Assembly: GCA_963741195.1 (NCBI GenBank)
Contig: CAVUHF010000010.1
Coordinates: 181,436-245,435, forward strand
DNA: 64,000 nucleotides
Reading direction: 5' to 3'
Source of the DNA: Candidatus Acidiferrales bacterium
GTDB taxonomy: Bacteria; Acidobacteriota; Terriglobia; Acidiferrales; UBA7541
Both the position numbers and the translations under genes were made by a program. Numbering within the stretch: the stretch's first letter is position 1; the number at the start of each line of letters is the position of its first letter. A model generated the notes under the pieces. It was given only the letters and a program-made list of their open reading frames with translations, had not been told where the DNA came from and ran no database searches. Below, piece by piece: positions 1-8,211 of the stretch.

Positions 1-103
1 TTGTCGCCCGCGTGTTCCGCGTTGCCGCGGAACGGCGCCTTGCCTTGGACCACTTCCTTATCAGTGGGTCCTGCGGCGATGCTCCTTTCCTTAAGGAGTA
101 TTC

Positions 104-3100
104 ATGTCGAAAGAATTGGTTATATCCGCGACCTCCCATGAGCGTAGAGTTGCGATTTTGGAAGAAGGTCAGCTAGTCGAAATCTACATCGAGCGTGAAA
201 AAGAGTTCGCGCTCGTCGGCAGCATCTACAAAGGCAAAGTGACTCGCGTGCTCCCAGGCATGCAGTCGGCATTCGTCGACATCGGCCTGGATGGTGATGC
301 GTTCCTCTATGTCAGCGATGTCTTCGAAAACCTAGAAGACTACGATCATGGTCACGCCCCGGGCGAAGCGCCTTTACCGGCTATTGCCGGTGGTCACGCT
401 CCTTCCATCATCGAGCTGCTGCCCGGCGAATCGCTGGCCACCTCCAGCGTGCACGATGAGGGGCATGCCGATCACCCGCTCGCGGACGAGCAGCCCCACG
501 AGGAATATAACGCCGCAGAGTTCCGCGAGCGTGAAGAAGCCGCAGCTGCTCCACCCGACCAGCCTAACGAACCGGAAGGTTCTGACCTCGATGAGCGTCA
601 GCCCGAATCCAACGCTTCTGCCCCGCAGAATTTTGCTCCGAGCTACAACCCAACGCGCAGCTACCCTCCGCGCGGTGGTAGTGATCGCGGACCGGATCGC
701 GGCGGTGACCGTGGCGATCGTGGTGGAGACCGTGGCGGCGATCGTGGCCGGGGTGGCCGTCGCGGACGTTGGGGCCGTCGTCGCCCCGGGGGGAGCGGTG
801 GCGGTGGTGGACATCATCACGGCCAGGGAGGACGTACTCTTCCTCCATCCAAGTACGCTGCGCCGCAAGGCGATCGCGATTCCCGGAGCTTCGATAACCG
901 TCGCCCCATCGATCGCGTTACCAGCACTCCCGTAGATAAAACCGAAGACGATATTGTTCTCCCCGGCGAATCCCTCGCCAAGTACCGTGGGCGCCCAGTT
1001 CCCTCTCCTGTTGCAGAACCCGTTCGCGAGCAGGAGCCCGAGGAACGCCAGCCTGATTTCGAACAGCCCACCGCTCGTCCCGCCGTTGGTTTACCGCCGG
1101 GCGGAGCCGGCGTGCGTCGCCGTTTTTCCGGCAGCTTGCCCCACTGGGTACTCGCCGACGCCGAATCCGACGCGGCCGCAGTACCGGCAGAGGACACTGC
1201 CGCTGCCGCAGGCGCTTGCGAATCCACCGAGCCGATTTCCGCTCCGGTGGAGGAAACACACGAAGAGGAGGCTTCGGCGCAACCCACTCACAATGGCATC
1301 TCTTCTCTCAATGACGAGCAGCTAGCCGCTCTTTCCGCCAGTCTAGTGGAAGCCAAGCACGAGGAAACTCAAGCGCGTGCAGAAGCCGACTCGCTGGTCG
1401 GTGGCGCTGCCTTCGACGAAGAGGAAGAAGAAGCTCACGAGTCTGAGGACCACCTTCACGACGAAGAAGAGCGCGAAGAGGCAGAGCACGAAGAATCGCA
1501 GCGCTCCCGCGAAAATGCCGAAGACGAAGCCGATCGCGAACATCAGGAAGCCATCGACGCGTCGGAGTCAGATCTGCACGCGGATCGTGATTCAGAAAAC
1601 GAATCCGGACGCGAGACCGAGCATGATTCCGAACGTGAGTCCGGGCAAGACTCAGGTAACCGTTCCGCGGATTACGCCGCGCGTGTTGAATCTGAATCCT
1701 TTGCATCGATCTCTTCGCAGGGTGCATCCGCTGGATCTATGATCGAGGAAGACGTCATTCTTCTTCCCGGTGAAACGCGCACGCCGCGCGATCCCAACGC
1801 TCCACGCGAAGATTTTATTCGCCGCGACTCCGCGCGCATCGGCAGTAACCCTCGCTCCCGCTTCCAGAGGCCGCAGCGCGGCGGGCGGGACCACGGAGGA
1901 GACCGCGGTGGTGATCGGGGCGGACGCGGGCGCTTTGACCGGCCTCGTGGAAGAGATCGGGACCGCGGAGGAGACCGCGGTCCCGACCGTGGCCGTGGAC
2001 GCTTCGAGCGTCGCAGTGGTGGAGGCCACAGTCACGGCCCGCATCGCGGCCATCCGAGTGGACACGCCCCGATGCGCCGCCCGCAACTTATCTCCGAGAT
2101 GCTTAAGCCCGGTCAGGACGTCGTCGTCCAGATTGCCAAGGAACCTCTCGGCAAGAAGGGCGCACGCATTACCAGTCACGTCGCTCTGCCGGGCCGCTTC
2201 CTCGTTTATATGCCCACGATTGACCACATCGGCGTTTCCCGCAAGATCGCGAGCGCCGACAATCGTTCGCGCCTCCGCCGCCTGGTTGGCGAAGCGCGCG
2301 GCAGTTATCCCGGCGGATTCATCGTACGCACCGCGGCAGGTGGCGCCACCGACGACGAAATTCGCACGGACATCGAATTCCTGGGCAAGACCTGGAATGA
2401 AATTAAGGAGAAGAGCGAAAACCGCAAACCGCCCGCTCTATTGCACCGCGACTTAAATCTCGTCGAGCGCATTTTGCGCGACTACGTCAGCGACGATTTC
2501 ACCGCCATCTGGATCGACTCCGAAGAGGAGTACGGCAAGGTGGTCGAATTCGTTAGCCGCTTCCAGCCGCGGCTCGTCAACCGCGTCAAGCTCTATACCA
2601 AAGAGCAACCGATCTTCGAAGAGTTCGGCATCCAGCATGAACTCGACAAGGCTCTGCGTGCCAAAGTCTGGTTGAAATCCGGCGGCTACATCGTCATCAA
2701 CCACACCGAAGCGCTCGTGGCCATCGACGTCAATACCGGCAAGTTTGTCGGCAAAGGTTCCACACGCCTTGAGGACACTATCGTCAAGACCAACCTCGAA
2801 GCCGTGAAGGAGATTGTGCGCCAGATTCGCTTGCGCGACCTTGGCGGCATCATCGTCGTCGACTTCATCGACATGGAAGAACGCCGCAACCGCGAAAAAG
2901 TTCTCGCCGCGCTGCAGTTCGCTCTCGAACAGGACAAGGCTCCTTCCAAGGCCCTTTCCTTCAACGAATTCGGGCTCGTCTGCATCACCCGCAAGCGCAC
3001 CAAACAGGCGCTCGAGCGCGTGCTCTGCCAGCCCTGCCCGTATTGCACTGGCTCCGGCATGGTTAAATCCATCCCCACGCTCTGCTACGAAATTCAATCC

Positions 3101-3292
3101 GAAGCGCGCAAGATGGCCGTGACCCCCGAACACGAAGGCCCAAATCTTACCCTTCGCGTGCATCCGGAAATCGCCAAGGCCCTGAAAACGCGCGAGTCCC
3201 TGCTCATCGATGAACTCGAGCAGAACGCCCACAAGCACATCATCATTCAGTCCGATCCCACGCTGCACTGGGAGCAGTACGACATCTATTAA
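104..3292 (+). CDS. rne: Rne/Rng family ribonuclease (RNase E/G) with ~580-aa disordered insertion inside the S1 domain
   Basis: N-terminal S1 motif GSIYKGKVTRVLPGMQSAFVDIG; catalytic core VVQIAKEPLGKKGARIT, AIDVNTGK, DLGGIIVVDFIDM; Zn-link CPYCTGSG. Ends like RNase G, with no C-terminal tail. Confidence 0.93.
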   Translation: MSKELVISATSHERRVAILEEGQLVEIYIEREKEFALVGSIYKGKVTRVLPGMQSAFVDIGLDGDAFLYVSDVFENLEDYDHGHAPGEAPLPAIAGGHAPSIIELLPGESLATSSVHDEGHADHPLADEQPHEEYNAAEFREREEAAAAPPDQPNEPEGSDLDERQPESNASAPQNFAPSYNPTRSYPPRGGSDRGPDRGGDRGDRGGDRGGDRGRGGRRGRWGRRRPGGSGGGGGHHHGQGGRTLPPSKYAAPQGDRDSRSFDNRRPIDRVTSTPVDKTEDDIVLPGESLAKYRGRPVPSPVAEPVREQEPEERQPDFEQPTARPAVGLPPGGAGVRRRFSGSLPHWVLADAESDAAAVPAEDTAAAAGACESTEPISAPVEETHEEEASAQPTHNGISSLNDEQLAALSASLVEAKHEETQARAEADSLVGGAAFDEEEEEAHESEDHLHDEEEREEAEHEESQRSRENAEDEADREHQEAIDASESDLHADRDSENESGRETEHDSERESGQDSGNRSADYAARVESESFASISSQGASAGSMIEEDVILLPGETRTPRDPNAPREDFIRRDSARIGSNPRSRFQRPQRGGRDHGGDRGGDRGGRGRFDRPRGRDRDRGGDRGPDRGRGRFERRSGGGHSHGPHRGHPSGHAPMRRPQLISEMLKPGQDVVVQIAKEPLGKKGARITSHVALPGRFLVYMPTIDHIGVSRKIASADNRSRLRRLVGEARGSYPGGFIVRTAAGGATDDEIRTDIEFLGKTWNEIKEKSENRKPPALLHRDLNLVERILRDYVSDDFTAIWIDSEEEYGKVVEFVSRFQPRLVNRVKLYTKEQPIFEEFGIQHELDKALRAKVWLKSGGYIVINHTEALVAIDVNTGKFVGKGSTRLEDTIVKTNLEAVKEIVRQIRLRDLGGIIVVDFIDMEERRNREKVLAALQFALEQDKAPSKALSFNEFGLVCITRKRTKQALERVLCQPCPYCTGSGMVKSIPTLCYEIQSEARKMAVTPEHEGPNLTLRVHPEIAKALKTRESLLIDELEQNAHKHIIIQSDPTLHWEQYDIY

Positions 3293-3411
3293 CTACATAG
3301 TACACAAGTGAATTAGCTCATTGATTTATTAAAGCCGACTTTCGGAGCCTCGCACTCGTTGGGAGGTACGCCCGCGAGTAGTCGCGGCTGCCAGCCGCAA
3401 AAAAACTAGAG

Positions 3412-3440
3412 TTGACTAGCCATCTGACTAGCCATACAAT
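3412..3440 (+). promoter_or_regulatory. sigma70 promoter of vapBC overlapped by an 11-bp direct repeat (likely operator)
   Basis: TTGACT(3412-3417)-17 nt-TACAAT(3435-3440); TGACTAGCCAT at 3413-3423 and 3425-3435; A-tract at 3399-3405. Confidence 0.75.
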
Positions 3441-3458
3441 GGTTTTTTGGAGTGGTTC

Positions 3459-3716
3459 ATGACCAAATGGCAGCTACAGGAAGCCAAGGCGCGCTTCAGT
3501 GAACTGATCGATGACACGCTCGAGAAGGGACCACAAGTCGTGACCCGTCGGGGAATCGACACCGCGGTTGTCGTTTCCATCGACGAATGGCACAAGCTAA
3601 AAGAGAGAAACCGTTTGACCTGGAAAGATGTACTTCTGGATGAAGGTCCGCGATTCGATATTCCACTCCCCAAACGCGGCACGGTCAAATTGCGCAAGCC
3701 TCCGGTGTTCGATTGA
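3459..3716 (+). CDS. vapB: Phd/YefM-family type II antitoxin
   Basis: WQLQEAKARFSELID...GPQVVTRRG is the Phd/YefM signature; ATG 3459 follows GGAG; overlaps the toxin start. Confidence 0.9.
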   Translation: MTKWQLQEAKARFSELIDDTLEKGPQVVTRRGIDTAVVVSIDEWHKLKERNRLTWKDVLLDEGPRFDIPLPKRGTVKLRKPPVFD

Positions 3717-4132
3717 TCCGCTACCTGATCGACACGAACGTGGTTTCCGAATTGCGCAAGCCTAAGCCCTACCGCGCGGCAGTCGCTTGGTTGCAAAATC
3801 TTGAATTGGGCCAAGGCTTCTTCTCGGCGGTCACATTCGGAGAGATTCAAAAGGGCGTGGAACTCACCCGTCGACAAGACCCAGTAAAGGCGAATGAAAT
3901 CGCGGCTTGGGCGGCACAGTTGGAGCGCACTTCAGAAGTTTTGCCCATGGATGCAGCGTGTTTTCGCGAGTATGCCCGTTTAATGTACCGACGTTCCGAT
4001 ACCCTAGGTGAGGATGCCATGATAGCCGCCACGGCTCGCGTTCACGGCCTCACGGTGGCCACTCGGAATGAACGCGATTTCGCGCATTTCGACGTGGCCG
4101 TCTTGAATCCCTTCAGGTATCGAGCACCGTAG
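3713..4132 (+). CDS. vapC: VapC PIN-domain toxin
   Basis: YLIDTNVVSEL, E in TFGEIQKG, DAMIAATA, TRNERDF: the PIN acidic residues are present. Confidence 0.92.
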   Translation: MIRYLIDTNVVSELRKPKPYRAAVAWLQNLELGQGFFSAVTFGEIQKGVELTRRQDPVKANEIAAWAAQLERTSEVLPMDAACFREYARLMYRRSDTLGEDAMIAATARVHGLTVATRNERDFAHFDVAVLNPFRYRAP

Positions 4133-4165
4133 TGCTCGCGCCGGAGCGCCCTCGCATGGGTAGGT

Positions 4166-4191
4166 TGGTGGAAGCGAGGGGATTCGAACCT
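4166..4191 (-). other. Isolated tRNA/tmRNA 3'-end fragment (att-like scar)
   Basis: Minus strand reads AGGTTCGAATCCCCTCGCTTCCACCA (T-loop, 3' acceptor strand, ACCA). The 5' half of the T-stem and the rest of the tRNA are missing. Confidence 0.7.
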
Positions 4192-4635
4192 GTAGTTCGC
4201 CAAATTGTCGTGCACCACATTAAAAGGATTTCTTTCTCCTTGGCGGAGGTTCTTCGGTTTGGGATTGCATGCTGATGCTGATTCGTCCATCCGCGAAAAT
4301 GCTCGCAGAGGACGTGGACTGTGCCTGGCCGGGTTTCAAAAAAGAATTTGGCTCTGAGAAAAACAGCTCTTGAATTTACGCTGCCACGCATAACGATGGT
4401 GCAGGCCACCGAGTGTGGCTCGCCAAGATGTCATCGCCGGCGAGGCGCCTTAAGAATCAGCAACATCCAGTTCGAAACTGAGAGCCGGCCCACCCGGCTA
4501 CCCGGTCATCTCGCAATTAGTACTCGATTTCTCCCGAATCACTTAAATCGGAACGGACGAGCTTAGTGTGGATCATAAGAGGAATTCCATCATAGGTGGA
4601 TGGCGGGAGTATAATGCGCGTGGACAGCACCGACG

Positions 4636-7002
4636 ATGGCGCCACCATTCTTTCGCAGATTCTTCGGTCAAAAAAAGCGCGGCGGCGAGGTAGCGTCGCG
4701 GAGCACTGGAGTTACTGAAAAAAGTCTTGTTAAATCGGAGATGCCATCCACTGATGTAGCTAATCAAGAAGACAGAAACTCTTTGGATTCCGGTTCTGCC
4801 GATACCGGGGCCATGCCAAACGTAAATTCCCTTTTCGCCTTTGTAGATCCGAAGGATCCGTTTACGCCTGGTGAAATTGCAGGCGAGCAGCTACCCGGTC
4901 CGATATTGTCGATCATGAGTGCCAAGCAGTTCCATCATCTCTTCCTCTTTCATACTCCGCATACGCGAAAGCACGCAGTCGCGACGGAAAAAGAAGTGTC
5001 CAGCAGATATCCCGGGTGCCAGATCGTTGTGAACGAACTGCCCATTTCCGACCCGAAAGACTACTCGTCGGTGATGGGCCGCTTGGCGCGAACGGTACGA
5101 AGATTGATGAACCTGAGACCGTCGGAGATCGCGGACTGCTACGTTTGTGTTTCCAGCGGCACGGCAGAAATGAGAGCTGCGTGGTTTCTACTCGCTGCGC
5201 TGGGGGTTTTGCCGGCGAAGATGCTGCAAGTCGGATCACCGGCAAGGCCACTCTTCGGGGAGGCTAACGTAAAAGAAGTGCGGATGGATTCCAGCGATTG
5301 GCGAACAATTCTTGACCTTGCAATGCCCGATGAGTATTTCCGGGCTGGTGCACGAGAATCGTTCACGAAACCCGGGCCGTCGCACATACAGGCGAGAGGA
5401 GCGGGAATACCATGGTGGGTGCAGCGAAGGGCAAAGAAGCTCGACGAAAAACCCAAGGCTGGCGCGGAAACGTTTGGCTTAGACAAAGCCTTTGAGGAGC
5501 GGATGCGGATGCTATATGGGGACGCCTTGCCCGACTTCCTCTTGCCATGCCTGAGCGAAAAGGTTCGACGAAATAAAGTTTTCACCGCCGTATTTTCTCC
5601 CGACGAGCTACAGGATTTTGCGCAAGAGGTTTTTAAAAAATTCGCTGCGGCCCTTCGCCGGGAAGGTGGGGGTAATCACCCGGAGCGTTTCGAAACTCTA
5701 GCTAACTCCGTCTGTAACGACGTTTTAGTGGGCTTTTGCCAGTCTTACGGCCAGACCCAGTCGACGGAAGATTCTGACGAGCATTTGAGTGCGCTAAAGC
5801 TCACGCGAAAGCAAGTGGAGGCTCTGCGACGAGCGAGGGGGGACTCAAAACTAGTGGCGCTTGCTCGTCAGAATCTTCCGTCGAGGAAAGGACCGGCAGA
5901 AGCGGCCGAACAAGTACCGACAGAGACTGGAGAACACAAAATTATTTCGGGCGGGCCCGCGAGTCGGGAAACCTCATCGCTTGGAGAGGCAAGAAGTCTG
6001 ATTGGCCGTGAAACACCGTCAATTGCAGGCCTTGACGATGCCCTACGGGAGTTGGGGATTTTTATCGGCTCCGCGGCTCTGCGACATGCTGCGGAACAAG
6101 CGGGCATCGCCGCGGGAAGTCATCTACCAGTTCTTCTTTTGGGCGAAACAGGGACCGGCAAGGAGCGCATTGCGCACCTGATTCACAGGCTGAGTCCACG
6201 GTTTCATCGCCAGCTGGTGGCGGTCAATTGCGCGGCTATTCCGGCGACGCTCGCTGAAAGCTATCTCCTGGGCCACGTAAAGGGAGCGTTCACCGACGCG
6301 ACGACCGACGGGAAGGGGATTTTTGAGGCTGCCGACCAGGGCACGCTGTTTCTGGACGAAATCGCGGAACTAAATCTGGAAGTGCAAGCCAAGCTGCTGC
6401 GGGTTATTCATGATGGCGTAGTGCAGCGGCTCGGAAGTACCGCGCTACGCAAGGTCGATGTGCGAATCATCGCGGCGAGCAACCGCGACCTCAGGAAAGA
6501 AGTGTCCGCAGGGCGATTTCGTGAGGACCTCTATTTCCGCCTGGAAGTTGTGCAGATTAAACTGCCGGCGTTGCGCGAACGCCGGGGCGAGATTCCTGAG
6601 CTGGCGCTCATGTTGCTCAGGGAAATCAATCAGCGAAGGGAACGGCCTCACCAGCTCACGACCAGGGCTCTGGCGCGTCTTGAGCATCAACCGTGGCCTG
6701 GAAATGTTCGCGACCTCTTGAACGTACTGGAAAGGTCTGTGCTCTATTCGCGCGCAGATGTTATCGACGCTGAGGACCTGAAGTTTAATTGCGACCCACA
6801 GGGGAACGATCCTTTCGCAGCGTTGCCGGAACCATCTGATGGATTCAAGGTCGAGGAGTATCTGGCACAAATACGGAACCAGCTCTTTCTGCGAGCCCTT
6901 GAGGCCTGCAAAGGCAATCAAACGGCAGCCGCGGGGCTGTTGGGCGTTTCCAAGCAGGCGGTCAGCAAGTTTGTGCTTGGGCAAAATGACAATGAAAATT
7001 GA
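4636..7002 (+). CDS. sigma54-dependent enhancer-binding protein with N-terminal CARF/RtcR-like domain, ECF-sigma region-2-like insert, AAA+ and Fis-type HTH
   Basis: Walker A GETGTGKE, GAFTDA loop, Walker B LFLDEI, RIIAASNRDL, FREDLYFRL, WPGNVRDL, C-terminal NQTAAAGLLGVSKQAV. N-terminus has DPF..GPILSI, DPKDY and VSSGTAEMRAAWFLL (CARF-like). Alternative start ATG 4813. Confidence 0.88.
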   Translation: MAPPFFRRFFGQKKRGGEVASRSTGVTEKSLVKSEMPSTDVANQEDRNSLDSGSADTGAMPNVNSLFAFVDPKDPFTPGEIAGEQLPGPILSIMSAKQFHHLFLFHTPHTRKHAVATEKEVSSRYPGCQIVVNELPISDPKDYSSVMGRLARTVRRLMNLRPSEIADCYVCVSSGTAEMRAAWFLLAALGVLPAKMLQVGSPARPLFGEANVKEVRMDSSDWRTILDLAMPDEYFRAGARESFTKPGPSHIQARGAGIPWWVQRRAKKLDEKPKAGAETFGLDKAFEERMRMLYGDALPDFLLPCLSEKVRRNKVFTAVFSPDELQDFAQEVFKKFAAALRREGGGNHPERFETLANSVCNDVLVGFCQSYGQTQSTEDSDEHLSALKLTRKQVEALRRARGDSKLVALARQNLPSRKGPAEAAEQVPTETGEHKIISGGPASRETSSLGEARSLIGRETPSIAGLDDALRELGIFIGSAALRHAAEQAGIAAGSHLPVLLLGETGTGKERIAHLIHRLSPRFHRQLVAVNCAAIPATLAESYLLGHVKGAFTDATTDGKGIFEAADQGTLFLDEIAELNLEVQAKLLRVIHDGVVQRLGSTALRKVDVRIIAASNRDLRKEVSAGRFREDLYFRLEVVQIKLPALRERRGEIPELALMLLREINQRRERPHQLTTRALARLEHQPWPGNVRDLLNVLERSVLYSRADVIDAEDLKFNCDPQGNDPFAALPEPSDGFKVEEYLAQIRNQLFLRALEACKGNQTAAAGLLGVSKQAVSKFVLGQNDNEN

Positions 7003-7008
7003 CCGCGC

Positions 7009-7091
7009 GACAACCACCGTTGTCACGATCAGGTTTTCCGTAAGCGTAAGTAGTTGATTCTGCAAATAGTATGATTTGGTCCGCCGCGTGC
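7009..7091 (+). promoter_or_regulatory. Candidate sigma54 promoter module: UAS palindrome, IHF site, -24/-12
   Basis: GACAAC-cacc-GTTGTC (7009-7024); reverse complement of 7047-7059 is AATCAA-CTAC-TTA, matching WATCAANNNNTTR; TTGG(7078-79)-10 nt-GC(7090-91). Confidence 0.6.
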
Positions 7092-7118
7092 CTTTAGTAC
7101 CCAAGAGGCACAGAATAT

Positions 7119-8111
7119 ATGCGGACCTTGCAAGAAGAATTCTCACAAATTGAAATCGGTCGATCTTCGGAGTTCCGTAATCTCATCCTGTTTCCATTGA
7201 TGCGTAGAAGCACACCCTTCCAACCGTTGGACTATCTTCTCTTGGAAGAGGGGATAGCCCAAGGAAAAGTCCGCGTGACCGAGCTTCACGCAGGCGGAAC
7301 GGTCCCGGAGTTACGTCTTGAAAATAATGCGGACCTTCCGGTGTTGCTGGTGGACGGAGAGGAACTCGTCGGAGCGAAGCAAAACCGCGTCCTGAACCTG
7401 ACGATTCTCGCGCCGGCGAACCATACAACCGTGATTCCCGTTTCTTGTGTTGAGGCAGGGCGCTGGAGAATGGAGTCTATGGATCTGAAGGTCGCCGAGC
7501 ACCTCATGTATTCGTTGGGGCGTGGAGAACGAGTGACGCAGGTCACGGCCTCCATGCGTTCGAATGGCACGCGCAAATCTGACCAGGGAGCGGTGTGGAG
7601 AAACATCGCCTCCAAAGCGACGCGCCTCAAGGCGTCGTCGCCAACTGGCGCCATGTCCGCGATCTATGAGCGCCACGCCAGTTCGGTTGAGGAATTCGCT
7701 CGCGCATTCACCTGGCAGGAAGGTCAGTGTGGAGTAGCGTTCGCGATCGGTGGCCGAATTCTTGGTTTGGAAATGTTCGATTACCCAGAAGTGATGTACA
7801 AATTCTTCCAAAAACTAGTCCGGAGCTACGCTCTGGATGCCCTGGATGCAACTCTAGTAAGGAACGAACCGGCAAGCGTCGAAGCGGTGTGTGCGCTTGT
7901 AACTCAAATCGGTGCGGCCCGGAGTTTCACGGAGCAGGCCTTGGGAATTGGAAAAGATGTTCGGTTCACCGGCCCGGAAATTTATGGTGCGGCTCTCTGG
8001 GCACACGAGCGCTACGTACACATTTGCGCCTTCGCAAGGAGTGGCAATAGTTGCGACGCTCCTAATTTTTGGACGCGGATAACTCGCCCCAGCCACCGCC
8101 GCACGTTTTGA
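7119..8111 (+). CDS. ARPP-1 / DUF6569 family protein
   Basis: GTVPELRLENNADLPVLLVDGEELVGAKQNRVLNLTIL, IPVSCVEAGRW, SDQGAVW, KLVRSYALDAL: motifs I recognise from this family. Confidence 0.75.
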   Translation: MRTLQEEFSQIEIGRSSEFRNLILFPLMRRSTPFQPLDYLLLEEGIAQGKVRVTELHAGGTVPELRLENNADLPVLLVDGEELVGAKQNRVLNLTILAPANHTTVIPVSCVEAGRWRMESMDLKVAEHLMYSLGRGERVTQVTASMRSNGTRKSDQGAVWRNIASKATRLKASSPTGAMSAIYERHASSVEEFARAFTWQEGQCGVAFAIGGRILGLEMFDYPEVMYKFFQKLVRSYALDALDATLVRNEPASVEAVCALVTQIGAARSFTEQALGIGKDVRFTGPEIYGAALWAHERYVHICAFARSGNSCDAPNFWTRITRPSHRRTF

Positions 8112-8211
8112 GCGGTGTACAAACGAGTGAAATCGACGGGAAGAGAGCAAGTAGGGCTGAAGTTGATGTATCGAAAATCGGCAGACTGTTCCAAGAAAGG
8201 CTTCGATCAAA

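Noticed and set aside
2453-3268. Long antisense or alternate-frame ORFs (e.g. 2453-3268, 9889-10695, 22958-24082, 48254-49555, 59698-60525)
   Set aside because: They overlap well-supported genes, lack motifs, and are expected shadow ORFs in GC-rich DNA.
3384-3405. Hairpin GCGGCT-gcc-AGCCGC plus A7 as an intrinsic terminator
   Set aside because: On plus the stem is followed by A residues; on minus the T-run precedes the stem. It fits neither direction, and the A-tract is better read as an UP element.
4166-4260. Complete tRNA gene on the minus strand
   Set aside because: No D-arm, anticodon arm or matching acceptor 5' strand, and the T-stem does not pair. Kept only as a fragment.
4200-4570. 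Integrase remnant, second tRNA end (TGGCGGAG near 4251) and ORFs 4113-4409 / 4321-4566
   Set aside because: No tyrosine-recombinase motifs, no T-loop after TGGCGGAG, and the ORFs lack RBS and protein-like features.
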